Positions 1-11,388 of a stretch of 64,000 nt of DNA are shown piece after piece. The number at the start of each line of letters is the position of its first letter. Position 1 is the stretch's first letter. The DNA comes from Octopus sinensis. Lineage: Eukaryota. A program made the position numbers and the translations under genes. The notes under the pieces are model-generated. The model made no database searches. It was not told the origin of the DNA and saw nothing but the letters and a program-made list of their open reading frames with translations. Where the stretch lies: positions 130,510,001 through 130,574,000 of the forward strand of contig NC_042999.1 in the NCBI RefSeq assembly GCF_006345805.1. Direction: 5' to 3'.

Positions 1-674
1 TGCTTCTCCATACCTGATGACACTATGAATACCAGTCCTCTTTTTGAAATTATCAAACCAGCCACAACTGGCCTTAAAAGCCTCTGCTAATGTCTCCTCT
101 GTCAATGTTCCAGGGTTCTGCTTCAAGAGATCCCCATACAGTGCTTGTGCTTTCTCACAGATGATGGTCTCTATAATCATATCCCCTGTGAGTTGCTTCT
201 CATTGATCCACAGGAGAAGCAATTTTTCCATTTCTTTGTGGACAGATGTGTGTTGCTTAAAGAGCCTGGAGACACCCTTTTGCTGTTGTAACAGCCTTGA
301 TCTCGTCCTTTTTCTTCAGATTGTCGACGTGCTATGTCCACTACATGCACTCCTCTCTCTTTATCAATGATTTCCTTCTTCAATTCTATTGTAATCAGCT
401 TTTTCTTCTTCTCAGCACTGTCTTTTGCACTAATCTTCTTAAGACCCATGGTGAACACAACTAATTATCATAAAATAATAGCAAAAAAAAACACACACAA
501 AACTAAAAAAAACACTGGGACAAACACAACAGAGATGTTGACATAAGATAAACATGTGAGCTGAGCAAGCAGAGACTACACTTGAGCAGAGACTGCACTT
601 GAGCAGAGACTGCATTCAAGCAGAGACTAGCAGCTGCTTGTATGAAACTCATTCATACTGTGGATTTCCACTTG
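1..674 (-). mobile_element. Tigger/pogo-like (Tc1/mariner superfamily) DNA transposon, 5' part with frameshifted transposase; cut by window start
   Basis: Minus ORF 177-458 MGLKKISAKDSAEKKKKLITIELKKEIIDKERGV is a psq-type HTH. A second frame reads EMEKLLLLWINEKQLTGDMIIETIICEKAQALY...FKASCGWFDNFKKRTGI (CENP-B/Tc5 HTH). ~17-bp subterminal repeats GAGCAGAGACT at ~562-630; putative TA-flanked end near 674. Confidence 0.8.
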
Positions 675-996
675 TACTTCAAGAAAAAAATTTGCATGGG
701 CCTTGGCTCATACAGAAAATTACTCATACAATAGTGCACTTATACTGCAAGGTTCTACTGTATTTAGTACATGCTCTGCAGCCTAATAACCAAACATTCC
801 AATATTTATCCTTCAATTTTTAGAACTTACTTATACTCATTCATCTTCCAGGGAACTGCTTTCAGTATTTCACCATCTACTTACCTTCAATTAATTCAAT
901 ACAGTAAATAGTTTTAAGTATTTCTAAGTATTTTAAAATTTTAAACCATTTGTTTGCAGTAATCCTTAAAGTTTGTTGCTAAAGTAAGTTTCTTAC

Positions 997-1206
997 CTCA
1001 CTAAGAGTAGCAATGCTTCCAATGATAGCAACTGCAGGTTCTGTGTAGACAGGGTAAACAGTGAGTAATGTCTGCAAGGCAGTAACATAAGCCAACAGCG
1101 AGCGAGGATTCACACTAGCTATGTCCACGAGAATGTTCAAAACTGTTGGAGCCATTTCTGGCTGCTTTAGGTAATCACAAAACACAGGAACATATGGCTG
1201 CAACAG
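997..1206 (-). CDS. VEPH1: VEPH1/melted-like, coding exon 5 (LLQPYVPVF...IATLSE); gene continues beyond window start
   Basis: tag acceptor 1209-1207, gtaaga donor from 996; 210 nt, phase 0/0; TVLNILVDIASVNP matches VEPH1 IILNILIEIAVYEP. Confidence 0.88.
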
Positions 1207-1928
1207 CTAAAAGTAAAAAGAATACAAAATATAATACCCAGTAGTAAAAAAACATACAATACATAATAAATTCATCACCCTTGCCATAACCAATATTATC
1301 ATCATCCAACATTATAGGTTAAATACATGTGTTTCTGCAGTACCTTGGTATTATGCACTCAAGTGGCCAGCCTCAAATTGCAATCACTAGTCTGAGGTAT
1401 ATAAACAAAGTGTAAAGTCTATCTGTTGATGTATAACAGCACCATGGAGGAAGAGAATTGAATTTTGAGTTATATGCAGCTCTAATAATGTAAACATTAT
1501 TGATGTCACATACTTACTGTATGTGTTATATTTATGCACTCATTAGCTGTGGAACAGGATCAGAGGGAAAAGTCCCTTTAAGATACTAAGTGTTAAAACA
1601 TTGAATACTTCAAACCAAGTGAGTCAACTCATCCCATAGGGGATTGAGAAATATAGATACTGATATTTTGCTGTTTTTGCAGCCCATTGGCATTGTGCAA
1701 TTGAGTCACCACAAAACAAATTGCAATTGCTGGTCTGATGTTTATATGCAAATAGTGTAGAATCCATCTGCTGATGTACAACAGTGCTGCATAAGTAAAA
1801 CAAAGTTAAAATTTTGTATTTCAACAAAGCCATTGAGAAATATAATTCAAAACAGCAAGACTAAATACAACAGTAAGTACAAGAACATTTATACAGGAAA
1901 AAAGTGATAATAATAATAATTATACATA

Positions 1929-2265
1929 GGAGGCGCAATGGCCCAGTGGTTAGGGCAGCGGACTCGCAGCCATAGGATCGCGGTTTCGATTCCCAGACCG
2001 GGCATTGTGAGTGTTTATTGAGCGAAATCCCTGCTGTACTCTTTCACCACAACTTTCTCTCACTCTTACTTCCTGTTTCTGTTATACCTGTATTTCAAAC
2101 GGCCGGCCTTGTCACTCTCTGTGTCACGCTGAATCTCCCCGAGATCTACGTTAAGGGTACACGTGTCTGTGGAGTGCTCAGCCACTTACACGTTAATTTC
2201 ACGAGTAGGCTGTTCTGTTGATTTGGATCAACCGGAACCCTCGTCGTCGTAACCGACGGAGTGCT
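1929..2265 (+). mobile_element. tRNA-derived SINE
   Basis: Pol III A box TGGCCCAGTGG and B box GGTTTCGATTCCC followed by a non-tRNA body. Confidence 0.75.
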
Positions 2266-2524
2266 TCCCTAATTATACATAACTGATGGTTGAGTAATGA
2301 GCATGTCAAAAGAGTCTCATTAACTGTTGCAATTAAGGACATCTCAGCTCATCAAGCTTCATGCCCTCCAGTTTTCATGACTGATGATTTATATGAATCA
2401 TGACTTGAACAATCAGTAGTAAGCAAAGTAGGAAGAGAAGTTTATTCATAATGACAGTTACTGAAACATTATGTAACACCAACATCTTCACGACTATCTT
2501 GGTTATTTAGTGTATGTTAATTTA

Positions 2525-2760
2525 TTCTTTTACTTGGTTCAGTCATTTGACAGCAACTGTACTGGAGCACTACCTTGAAGGGTTTTAGTTGAACAAATTG
2601 ACCCCAGGACTTATTTCTTAAGCCTAGTACATATTCTATTAGTCTCTTTTGCCAAACTGCTATGTAATGGGGGCATAAACACACCAACACCTGTTGTTAA
2701 ATGGTGATGGGGGGACAAACACAGACATAAAGACAGACGGACACACACACACACACACAT
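2525..2760 (-). mobile_element. SINE 3' fragment (same family as 19455-19852)
   Basis: Shares TTTCAGTCATTTGAC...GGAGCAC...GACCCCAGGACTTATT with other copies in the window. Confidence 0.6.
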
Positions 2761-3204
2761 ATACGACAGACACAAAGGCATATTCTGTTAAGAATATAGT
2801 AAAATACAGTATGAAGCACGTCCACCTTCAAATTTCAGCCTGTGCTAAACAGTAGTAGTATTATATGTACTTCCAGGTTTGTGTTTGGATATCTGTTGTG
2901 TGCGAATAGATAATTGAATTAGTGGACCTAATATGGAGATTAAAAGAAAGGAAAATAAAATATGAAATAGAATGATCAATAATAAAGAATGCACACCCAT
3001 ATAATATCCAGCATATGCGACCTATGCCTTGAGGAAGCCTTGTGCATTCTATTAAGTAACAAAGACTTAGTAAATAAGCATGCTGAGAAAATACCAAGAT
3101 GTTGCCACCATGTCAAATTTGCATTTTCCAGATACAACACAGTTGAATAATAATAACTCAGTGAAATCTCTCCCTCTCGCCTTCCCCCTATCCATGTGTG
3201 TTGG

Positions 3205-3499
3205 GTTGTATTTCTATATATACATATGCATGCCAGTACACGTATTTAGCATGAATGAATCTATCTATATATACACACACACATATATATATGCATATAT
3301 GTGTATGTATATGTGTGCGTATGTATATATGTACATATATTTGCATATGTGAGTGCATGTACATATCCATATATGAGTGTGTGTATATATATATATGTAT
3401 ATATGTATGTATGTGTGTGTGTGTCTGAGCATTAGTACATATATGGATCTATATGTGAACAGACTCCAAACTTTTTCAGTTATATATATATATATATAC
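3205..3499. repeat. Compound (TA)n/(TG)n microsatellite
   Basis: Direct reading. Confidence 0.95.
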
Positions 3500-4574
3500 A
3501 TGGAAAAAAAGTCAAGGTAGAAAATGCTAAAATAATTTTATAAAAAACATTTCAGTACCAGTTTCAGTCATTGAGACTTTTTCAATGGCAAGTATGGAAA
3601 ACATTTAAATTTTGGAAAAATTAAATGAAAAGTTTTTTAAAAGAATATTTGCAAAGTATTCAATTACAAGGGGCATTTTCCTTGTTTCTGTCTGTCTCTG
3701 TCTCTCTTGTTTAATCTCGTGGGTTCCAGGTCATTGAGAATTCTTGGAAGAAGAAGAAAGAGGAGGAAGAGGAAGAGAATGCGGGAGTGCTATGATAGCA
3801 GTAGGATGTTAAATGATCAAGTGCCCTGAAGTAACTTGTGGATGATAGTAGTGATTGAATTCTTGAGATATCTCTTCACGTGTGCTTCAGTGAACCTGAT
3901 ATACGCACTAACCTGCTCTGGGTGTCAAGAGCAATACATAGGCCAAACAAAAAACAGTCTACGTCAAAGGATGGCTCTGCACAGATCCCAGATAAAAATT
4001 TAAAAAAACAGAAAAATAGCATTCAGCCAACACATTGACATTTGCGCCAATAACAAAAATCCAAGTTTCAGAATTTTTCCCTTCTATCAATTCAGGGACG
4101 ATGCAACCTGTAGCCAACGAATTAGTAAAGGGTCCCTCTTTATTACACAATACAGACTCCTTTTGATGCATCCACAACAAATGACATATCCACCATGACC
4201 TTAGAATAAACACCCATGCAAATATTAAAATGATACATTCAAAAGAGATACCCAAGTATTCACTAAAAACAGTCCCAATCACTGCTATAATCCACAATGA
4301 GTCACTTTTAGGTCACTTGACCTTTTAACATCCTACTACTATCCTACCATCCTGCATTCTCTTATTATTCTGTCTCCTTCTTCATTTTCTTCTTCCTCTC
4401 TGCTACCGCCTTCCTTACTTTTTACTACTACGGCTGTTTAGAATAACACCTACACAAATATTATAAACAATGCATTCAAAAGAGATTTCTCGAGAATTCA
4501 AACACTACTACCATCCACAACGTCACTTCAGGGCACTTGACCATTTAACATCCTACTACTATCATAGCACTCCT

Positions 4575-4611
<37 letters not shown>

Positions 4612-4873
4612 CATCCTTCTTCTCTGCTAAGAATTCACAACAACCTGGAACCCACAAGAGTAAACAAGAGAGACAGAGACAGGCAGAAACAAGGAAAATG
4701 CCACTTGCATTTGAATACTATGCAAATATTCTTTTAAAGTACTTTTCATTTATTTTTACCAAAATTTAATTGTTTTCCATACTTACAGTTGAAAAAGTCT
4801 CAATGACTGAAACTGGTACTGAAATGTTTTTTATAAAATTATTTTAGCATTTTCTACATTGAATTTTTTCCAT
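3500..4873 (+). mobile_element. Penelope-like element derivative: inverted pseudo-LTRs flanking a GIY-YIG endonuclease relic
   Basis: 3875-3997 translates FTCASVNLIYALTCSGCQEQYIGQTKNSLRQRMALHRSQI (PLE-type GIY-YIG). ~3500-3876 and ~4480-4873 are diverged reverse complements; extra partial direct pLTR copy at ~4305-4400; flanked by (TA)n. Confidence 0.8.
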
Positions 4874-4914
4874 ATATATATATCAACTCATGTGTTCCTT
4901 TTCAACCTTCTATA

Positions 4915-5107
4915 CACACACACACACACACACACAGATATACAGACAACAGGCTTCTTTCAGTTTCTGTCTACCAAATCCACTCACAAGGCTTTTATTG
5001 GTCTGAGGCTATAGAAGACACTTGCCCAAGGTGCCACACAGTGGAACTGAATTCAGAACCATGTGGTTGGGAAGTAAACTTCTTACCACATGGCTACACC
5101 TGAGCCT
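4915..5107 (-). mobile_element. tRNA-derived SINE 5' half
   Basis: GGCTTCTTTCAGTTTC...CCAAATCCACTCACAAGGC...CTTACCACATGGCTAC matches copies at 19455-19852 and 25652-25964. Confidence 0.7.
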
Positions 5108-6136
5108 CGTTGTAAATTTTAAAAAAAGACACACTGATAATTCCTGTACTAAGATACAACCTTTGTTCATACTTAAGTTTCCCACTGTATGTCCAGTGAA
5201 TAAAAATCAATTTATTTCTGTGCAGCATGGGCAGATCTTACTGTCACACAGTATTATATATTTGATATGTATCATAGAGTGGCTATGAACAAAAATTAAA
5301 ATAGTAGTTAAGAATTGAAACCCTAAGGCAAGTAATATTACATACTCTTAAGAAATGTTTGTTAATCTACTTTTTCCAGTTTAATTAGACATCAGCTGAC
5401 AAATGATTGACACTTCAAAGGATATAAGTCTATGTAGACATTTGTTCCAACAACAAATCCATTTCAAGTAAGAAAAGAAAAAATAATACATCTTTAACAA
5501 AGAAAAGTAGTGACAACCTAAATCAACTTAGTTTCTCTTTAATCTGAAGTTAATAGAACTGACAGCACAGGTATACAAGAGACAACTAAATTGACAGAAA
5601 TTATAAACCAACTAATCTTATGTTATTGTTGTATTTAAGAAGTTAACTCCGATAAAAATTGAGTTTATGGCCATTCAGCAATTTCTTGACAAAGCTGAAA
5701 TTTTTTACAAATTAAAAGAAAACCAGGTGTTGCTTAGAAATGACAGACTAATCCACAGAAAATGAAACACAAAAAAAGACATAAATAACAAGAAAAGTAG
5801 CAACAACACAATACATTTACACCTGAATGCATATTAATAATTTATACATATTCAATACATACATAATTTTTTTCATCTTTTTTCTCATTGCAATATCATT
5901 CCATCTGAGTATCTACATTCTCAAAATCGATCTAACTACTTCAATTCACAATCTTTTTTCTAATCAGTGTACACATCATCCATTTGCCTTACATATTAGT
6001 GTTAGTACAAGTATTATTTCTGCATACATAAATCTATAATTTTCCTCTTCATTGTTAACATGCTAAAGGGTTAATGAACTAGAAAGATTGAATGCAAAGG
6101 AAATATCCTTTGCATTCGATCTTTCTAGTTCATTAA

Positions 6137-6352
6137 CCCTTTAGCATTCAGATTATTTTGTCAAATGTAATGCTTATTATTTACATTGCTTGGAATAACT
6201 CATGCATTTTGTAGCTTCAAGACTTCAATGAAGTGACTGTTTATTTTTAGAATGATATTGTAGGGTAGGTGTGAGAGGTAGGATCTGGCCAGTTTGAACC
6301 TAAAACAGGTAGAATATTTTGGCCGGATATGGCTGGTTTAAATACTAAAGAG
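6137..6352. mobile_element. piggyBac-like MITE (TTAA target, CCC...GGG-type ends)
   Basis: TTAA|CCCTTTAGCATT...AATACTAAAGAG|TTAA; interior shared with copies at 18012 and 20522. Confidence 0.7.
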
Positions 6353-6629
6353 TTAATATTGTTTCAAAGTTTGGTACAGGACCAGCAATTTTAGTGGAAT
6401 GATATTACTTGATTACATGAACCCCAGTACTATACTGGTACTTTATTTTATTGACCCTAAAAGGATGAAGGGCAAATTTGACCCCAGCACATAATGAGCT
6501 GGAAGAAATGATGCTAAGTATTTTGTCTGACATGCTAACAATTAAGCCAGCTCACCACTTTATTAATGTTGCTCATCCACCAGACCATACTAATATTCAT
6601 TAACAGATACTATTTATGACTATTTCACA

Positions 6630-6750
6630 CACACTCTCTCTCACACACATCTACTATCTCTCTTTCTTTCTCACACACATGCACATACTCCTTTACTCAC
6701 AACTTTCACTCATAGAAACATAATCTCTTGCACAAAAACAACTCCCCACC

Positions 6751-6797
<47 letters not shown>

Positions 6798-6960
6798 AAA
6801 TCTTGGGTAAGAGACTATTACCCGTTTGTTCCACCCTTCTTCATCTAAGTCATGTAAAAACAAAACAAAATCATTATCGCAAATACACACATGCATTTTC
6901 ACTCTCTCTCTCTCTCTCATTCTCCCACATGCATTTTCACTCTCTCTCTCCCTCTCACAC
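6630..6960. repeat. (CT)n/(CA)n microsatellites
   Basis: Direct reading. Confidence 0.9.
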
Positions 6961-7546
6961 TCCTACACTGCACATTCTCCCACATGCTCTATCACTCATA
7001 TAGACATGCAAAACAATGACAAGAAAAACATAGAATTAAATGAAATCATCCAAAAGTAAATTGCCACATTTTAGAATCAAAGAACACTTGCAACATAAAA
7101 AAAAAACCCATCTCTCAAAAATCCTACGCTCCTTGATTACCAACCAATAGTGACCTCTCCCACTTTTCAGTTCATGGTCTAGAGTTGCATATATGAGAAT
7201 AGACCCATTCAAACCATCCAATCTGGCCACTTTCTATGTATTTCAAACAGAGCTTGGCTAATGGTAATGCTATGCCAAAAGGTTTATCAATCCTTAACTG
7301 TTGTTGCCTTCCACTTTAGTAAAACTGCTACACCATAAGCTTTTGGAGAGTTGTCTATAATTCTCAACCAAAGGTCCTCACAAATAGAGTGCAGAGTAGA
7401 TCTTTATCAACACCTAGTGTATACCCCCAGAACATTGTTGCTAATGCCAGCTGCTTATATTCTGTAGAATGGAAGGATTGGTGTTCCACTAGCCATATTG
7501 TTAGACAAATACAGGACTGAGGGATAGTAATGTTCCAGATGCCAGA

Positions 7547-7594
<48 letters not shown>

Positions 7595-8090
7595 TCCTGA
7601 TGCAGTACCAGACAGTGGCTCTCATGGCTTCTGATCTTAACTGATTGGAAGTGTTATCATGTACATTGTTTTGTCTTAGTATAAAAGATGGGCTACAGCA
7701 AATATTCTGTTCAATACCACAGATTTGCTTGTCAGTTGTTTGACCGTAACCAGTTGACCATGTCCCTTAGTGGATGACGATATGTGCATCTCTGATCACA
7801 AGCAGAAGTAGTGAGGGGGCATCATAGCTGTGTGTTGAAAGGAATTCTTAGAGGTTTGGATAATTCGCCTTTGGAAACATGGGAGGTTCGTTCAACATCC
7901 TTAAACAATCCTTATTCAGAGACCTTTTGAGCGGGATGGGCTACTCAACCAGAAGAAAATTCTAACTGGTCCCCACCTGCAAGGTCATGCAATGTTTATC
8001 TTGATATGAGATCACCATGTCACCGTGCACATATGGTTGTGATGCATGTGCCTGGTGTACCGTTATCAGATAGGTAGTCATGATGGGTAT
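7595..8090 (+). repeat. Interspersed repeat of unknown class, preceded by (AAT)n; partial second copy at ~12540-12720
   Basis: GCAAATATTCTG(T/C)TCAATACCACAGATTTGCTTG...TGTGCATCTCTGATCA present at both loci. Confidence 0.6.
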
Positions 8091-9240
8091 ACTTGATGCA
8101 TACTAAATATGACAACAACTGTTCAACATAACTCCACAGGTCAGTAATGTTCAGACACTTGGAAAGCATGTAGAATAATTCCTTTGTTCTGATTGCATCC
8201 TGAACAGGCCTGTCAATAGCAATGGTTGTGGTGTTGGCAACAGTGCAAACTTTTCATTAGGCTGCCTTCTGTTACTGTGCACAGAGGGTCCTCAAGTAGT
8301 TGATGCTACTACATGAGTGGCATGTAGGCCTTCAATCTTTCATCGTAACATACTGATAGAGTCTGACTGAGAGCTTTTTAAAGATTGAAATTTTGTCCAT
8401 GTTTCCAGTTTAACCTAGATTAGGACTTTGATCCCAGTTCTCAGGTAGTATTTTTTAATATCTAGGAGTATAACATGGCTGAGTAGTTAAGAAGTTTGCT
8501 TCCCAACTATAAAGTTTAAGGTTCAGTCCCACAGTGTGGCACTTTGGGAAAGCGTCTTTTACTGTAGCCTTATGTATACCAAAGCCGTGTGATTGAAACT
8601 GGTAGACAAAAAGCAGAAAGAAGTGTGTGTGTGAGAGAGAGAGAGAGAGAGTGTCTGTGTCTCTCTGTCTTTGTCTTTACATTGTGTGATAGTTGTAAGC
8701 GAGTGTGATCCATTTCCAGCCAAAAGGAAATATTACCTTACGTGGAAAAGGTGAGAATTAACAGCAGGAAGGGCATCTGGCCATAGAAAATCTGCCTTGG
8801 CAAACTCTGTCTGACCAAAGGAAGCATGGAAAAGTTGACGTTAAAACAATGACTATGATGATGATTATGATGTCTTCCTCTTAGACAACATATACTAAAT
8901 GTTCAATCTTGGTAGCACATCATATATTTATTATAATAATAATAATAATAAATTAATGGAAAATAAAGGTGAACACAATGCCAATTATTGCTGGATCCTT
9001 CGGAACAGTATCAGAAAGCATCAGGAAGCATATAAAGGAAATCAGAATAGAGTGCCCAGTAGAGCTGATGCAAAAGGTTTGTCTCCTTGGTACAGCTAGA
9101 ATAGTCAGAAAAATATTAGATAGTTGAAAAAAACAGATAGCATGATACCATAGGTTGCAGGTAGTAAGCCTGCTATGCATGCAAGACTTCAGGAGTTCCA
9201 ACAAAACCTGAATTAAAAGGAATAATAATAACAAAATTAC

Positions 9241-9404
9241 CCTTGGGTTTTCTTTTGCAACCATTGCAAACATCTGGATCAAACTTATACTCTCTTGTAG
9301 TTCACATGTATCCATGAGCCGTACCAATTCAGGAACATGGTCCAATATAACTTGTTTGTTATCAGGATAGACCTTTTGAAGGAGGAGAGTCAAAGCTGAG
9401 TTAC
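9241..9404 (-). CDS. VEPH1: VEPH1/melted-like, coding exon 4 (GNSALTLLLQKVYP...KENPR)
   Basis: aag acceptor 9407-9405, gtaatt donor from 9240; 164 nt; phase-compatible with flanking exons. Confidence 0.85.
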
Positions 9405-9835
9405 CTTTATCAAAAAGAGAACATGACAAACTGTTAAGATTCAGGATGTAAATCAGTAGAAAATCAGAGTATAAAAGACATCACAGTATAGACCATATGC
9501 AGCCAAAGCCTTATCAATGTTTAACCAATTCATTACACTCCAACTCTTATCACTGCCCACACTATCTCCCAAAATCCATACCAAACATTACACACAAGCA
9601 TACATTCTGAGGAGGACTACTGCTTTAAAGAACACTTTTTTACTCATGCTCCTAAAGTATATTATTCTATGCCTTGAACTCTGTATTAACCATAGATTTA
9701 TCCACTAACTCACCTACCCAATCAATCAGTAAATCTCTTTGGTCTAATAATGGTTACCTCGTTCAGATTAGGAACAGTATGCTACTTTCAGGGACAAAAA
9801 CAAAATTAAATAGTGCAAAGAAAATTTTCCATAAG

Positions 9836-10165
9836 GCACAGGCGTGGCTGTGTGGTAAGAAGCTTGCTTCTCTACCACATGGTTTGGAATATGATCCCAC
9901 AGCATGGCACCTTGGTCAAAGTGTCTTCTATTATAGCCTCAGATTGACCAAAATCTTGTGAGTAGATATGGTAAACAGAAACAAGCCCATCATGTGTGTG
10001 CATGCATGTCCCTGTAACTTAGCAGTTAGAGCAAAACAGACTGATGGAATAATTATCAGGCTTTAAAAAATAAGTACTGGGGTCGATACATTTGACTAAA
10101 ATTTCTTCAAGGCAGTGCCCCAGCATGGCCAAGGTCTAATGACTGAAACAAGTAAATATAAAAGA
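9836..10165 (+). mobile_element. tRNA-derived SINE, antisense in VEPH1 intron 3
   Basis: GGCGTGGCTGTGTGGTAAGAAGCTTGCTT head; GGGGTCGAT...CAGCATGGCC...AATGACTGAAACAAGTAAA tail. Confidence 0.7.
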
Positions 10166-10199
10166 TAAGCAACAAAGAAATATTCTGTAAGATAATTAC

Positions 10200-10374
10200 C
10201 TTTGAGAACACTGCTGATGATAAGCTCCATGTAGGAAGCCAACAAGGAAGAACAGCCAATGGCAGCCAAAGATAAATAACTGGAAACATTTCGTACTAAT
10301 TCTTTATTTTCACAATCCAGAAATTGCACAACTACTGGTAATGCTATTTCCATCACTCCCTTTTTAGTATAATT
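10200..10374 (-). CDS. VEPH1: VEPH1/melted-like, coding exon 3 (NYTKKGVMEIALPVVVQFL...SSVLK)
   Basis: cag acceptor 10377-10375, gtaatt donor from 10199; KELVRNVSSYLSLAAI matches VEPH1 KELCRNMSNYLSLAAI. Confidence 0.92.
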
Positions 10375-11243
10375 CTGAGAAAAATAATAAATCAATAAAT
10401 TATACATGTCAATTTGAAAAACTCTTACAGAATGTCAACCAATTCCTGGCAGCTGTATTAGCAAGAGACTCATAATAACAGATATAGTCTAAAATGTAAC
10501 ATGCTAAAGAACAGAATGGTGAAAGTTTCCAATTGACCTTTCTGATTTAAGTACTAATAGAACATAGCCTGAGTATACACATTATCTGGTATGTAAACAA
10601 AATTGATTGAAAAATCTTCTCAGTTTTATTTTTCCGTCATTCATACTATTTTACTTCAGACAGTTAATACTCAAGTATCATGCTGACATAGACAAATAAT
10701 AAATATTTAATTACTGTCAGGCTACATTGAGAAGTTTAGATCAATTTTAAAAACTCAGAAAATACTAAATATAATTTTCATGATTAAAGAATTACAATAA
10801 TTTCTAATGAAAGCAGAGTATTGATTGTAATAATTGTCAATCTAAAATATGAAAACTACAAAGTATTTCAGTATTGAAAACAATAGTCTTATATAAAAAC
10901 TTTTTTTTTTGACAACTTCAGTGAAATATATTCAGAGGATAAAAATCTATTAGTGATGGTTGAAATTTTTCTTAATGTACAGGGTAACGATAAAATGTTC
11001 ACTCATACTGGACTATCAGCTGATAAACCATGAGCTGATGGTTTAGTTGGTATTTAGTTGTGTCTCTGCACAACACGCTTTACTCTATATCCTCAGTTCA
11101 CCTAGCAATTAAAATAACTTTTTAACAAAAGGTCTCCCTTAGAATATATTACAAAACAATTCTTTAAAACTCTATTAATTGCCCTACTACTAATCACCTA
11201 CACTGTAGCAATTTAGTATATATTAAAATGATATAAAATGTAC

Positions 11244-11388
11244 CATAAATAAACAGCTGAGAACATCTGATGCAATTTTAGCATGTGCTGGATCTTCATC
11301 CTTGCCACTTGGTTGCAGATTGTACTTGAGGCATACTTCCAACAAAGATATCATAGCATTGACATGACTGCTGATACTGTCTGTCTCT
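11244..11388 (-). CDS. VEPH1: VEPH1/melted-like, coding exon 2 (ETDSISSHV...[21 protein letters not shown])
   Basis: cag acceptor 11391-11389, gtacat donor from 11243; GKDEDxxHAKIASD motif is characteristic of VEPH1/melted. Confidence 0.93.

Noticed and set aside
1929-2002. tRNA gene
   Set aside because: A and B boxes are present, but the sequence runs on into a SINE body with no clear acceptor stem or poly-T terminator
3080-3501. ORFs rich in Y/I/C/V/H/T (also 6693-7059, 14449-15156, 31260-31675, 61639-62150)
   Set aside because: Translations of TA/CA/CT microsatellites
8953-9240. Hydrophobic C-terminal extension of ORF 8953-9429
   Set aside because: Intronic read-through past the donor at 9240; similarity to VEPH1 stops there
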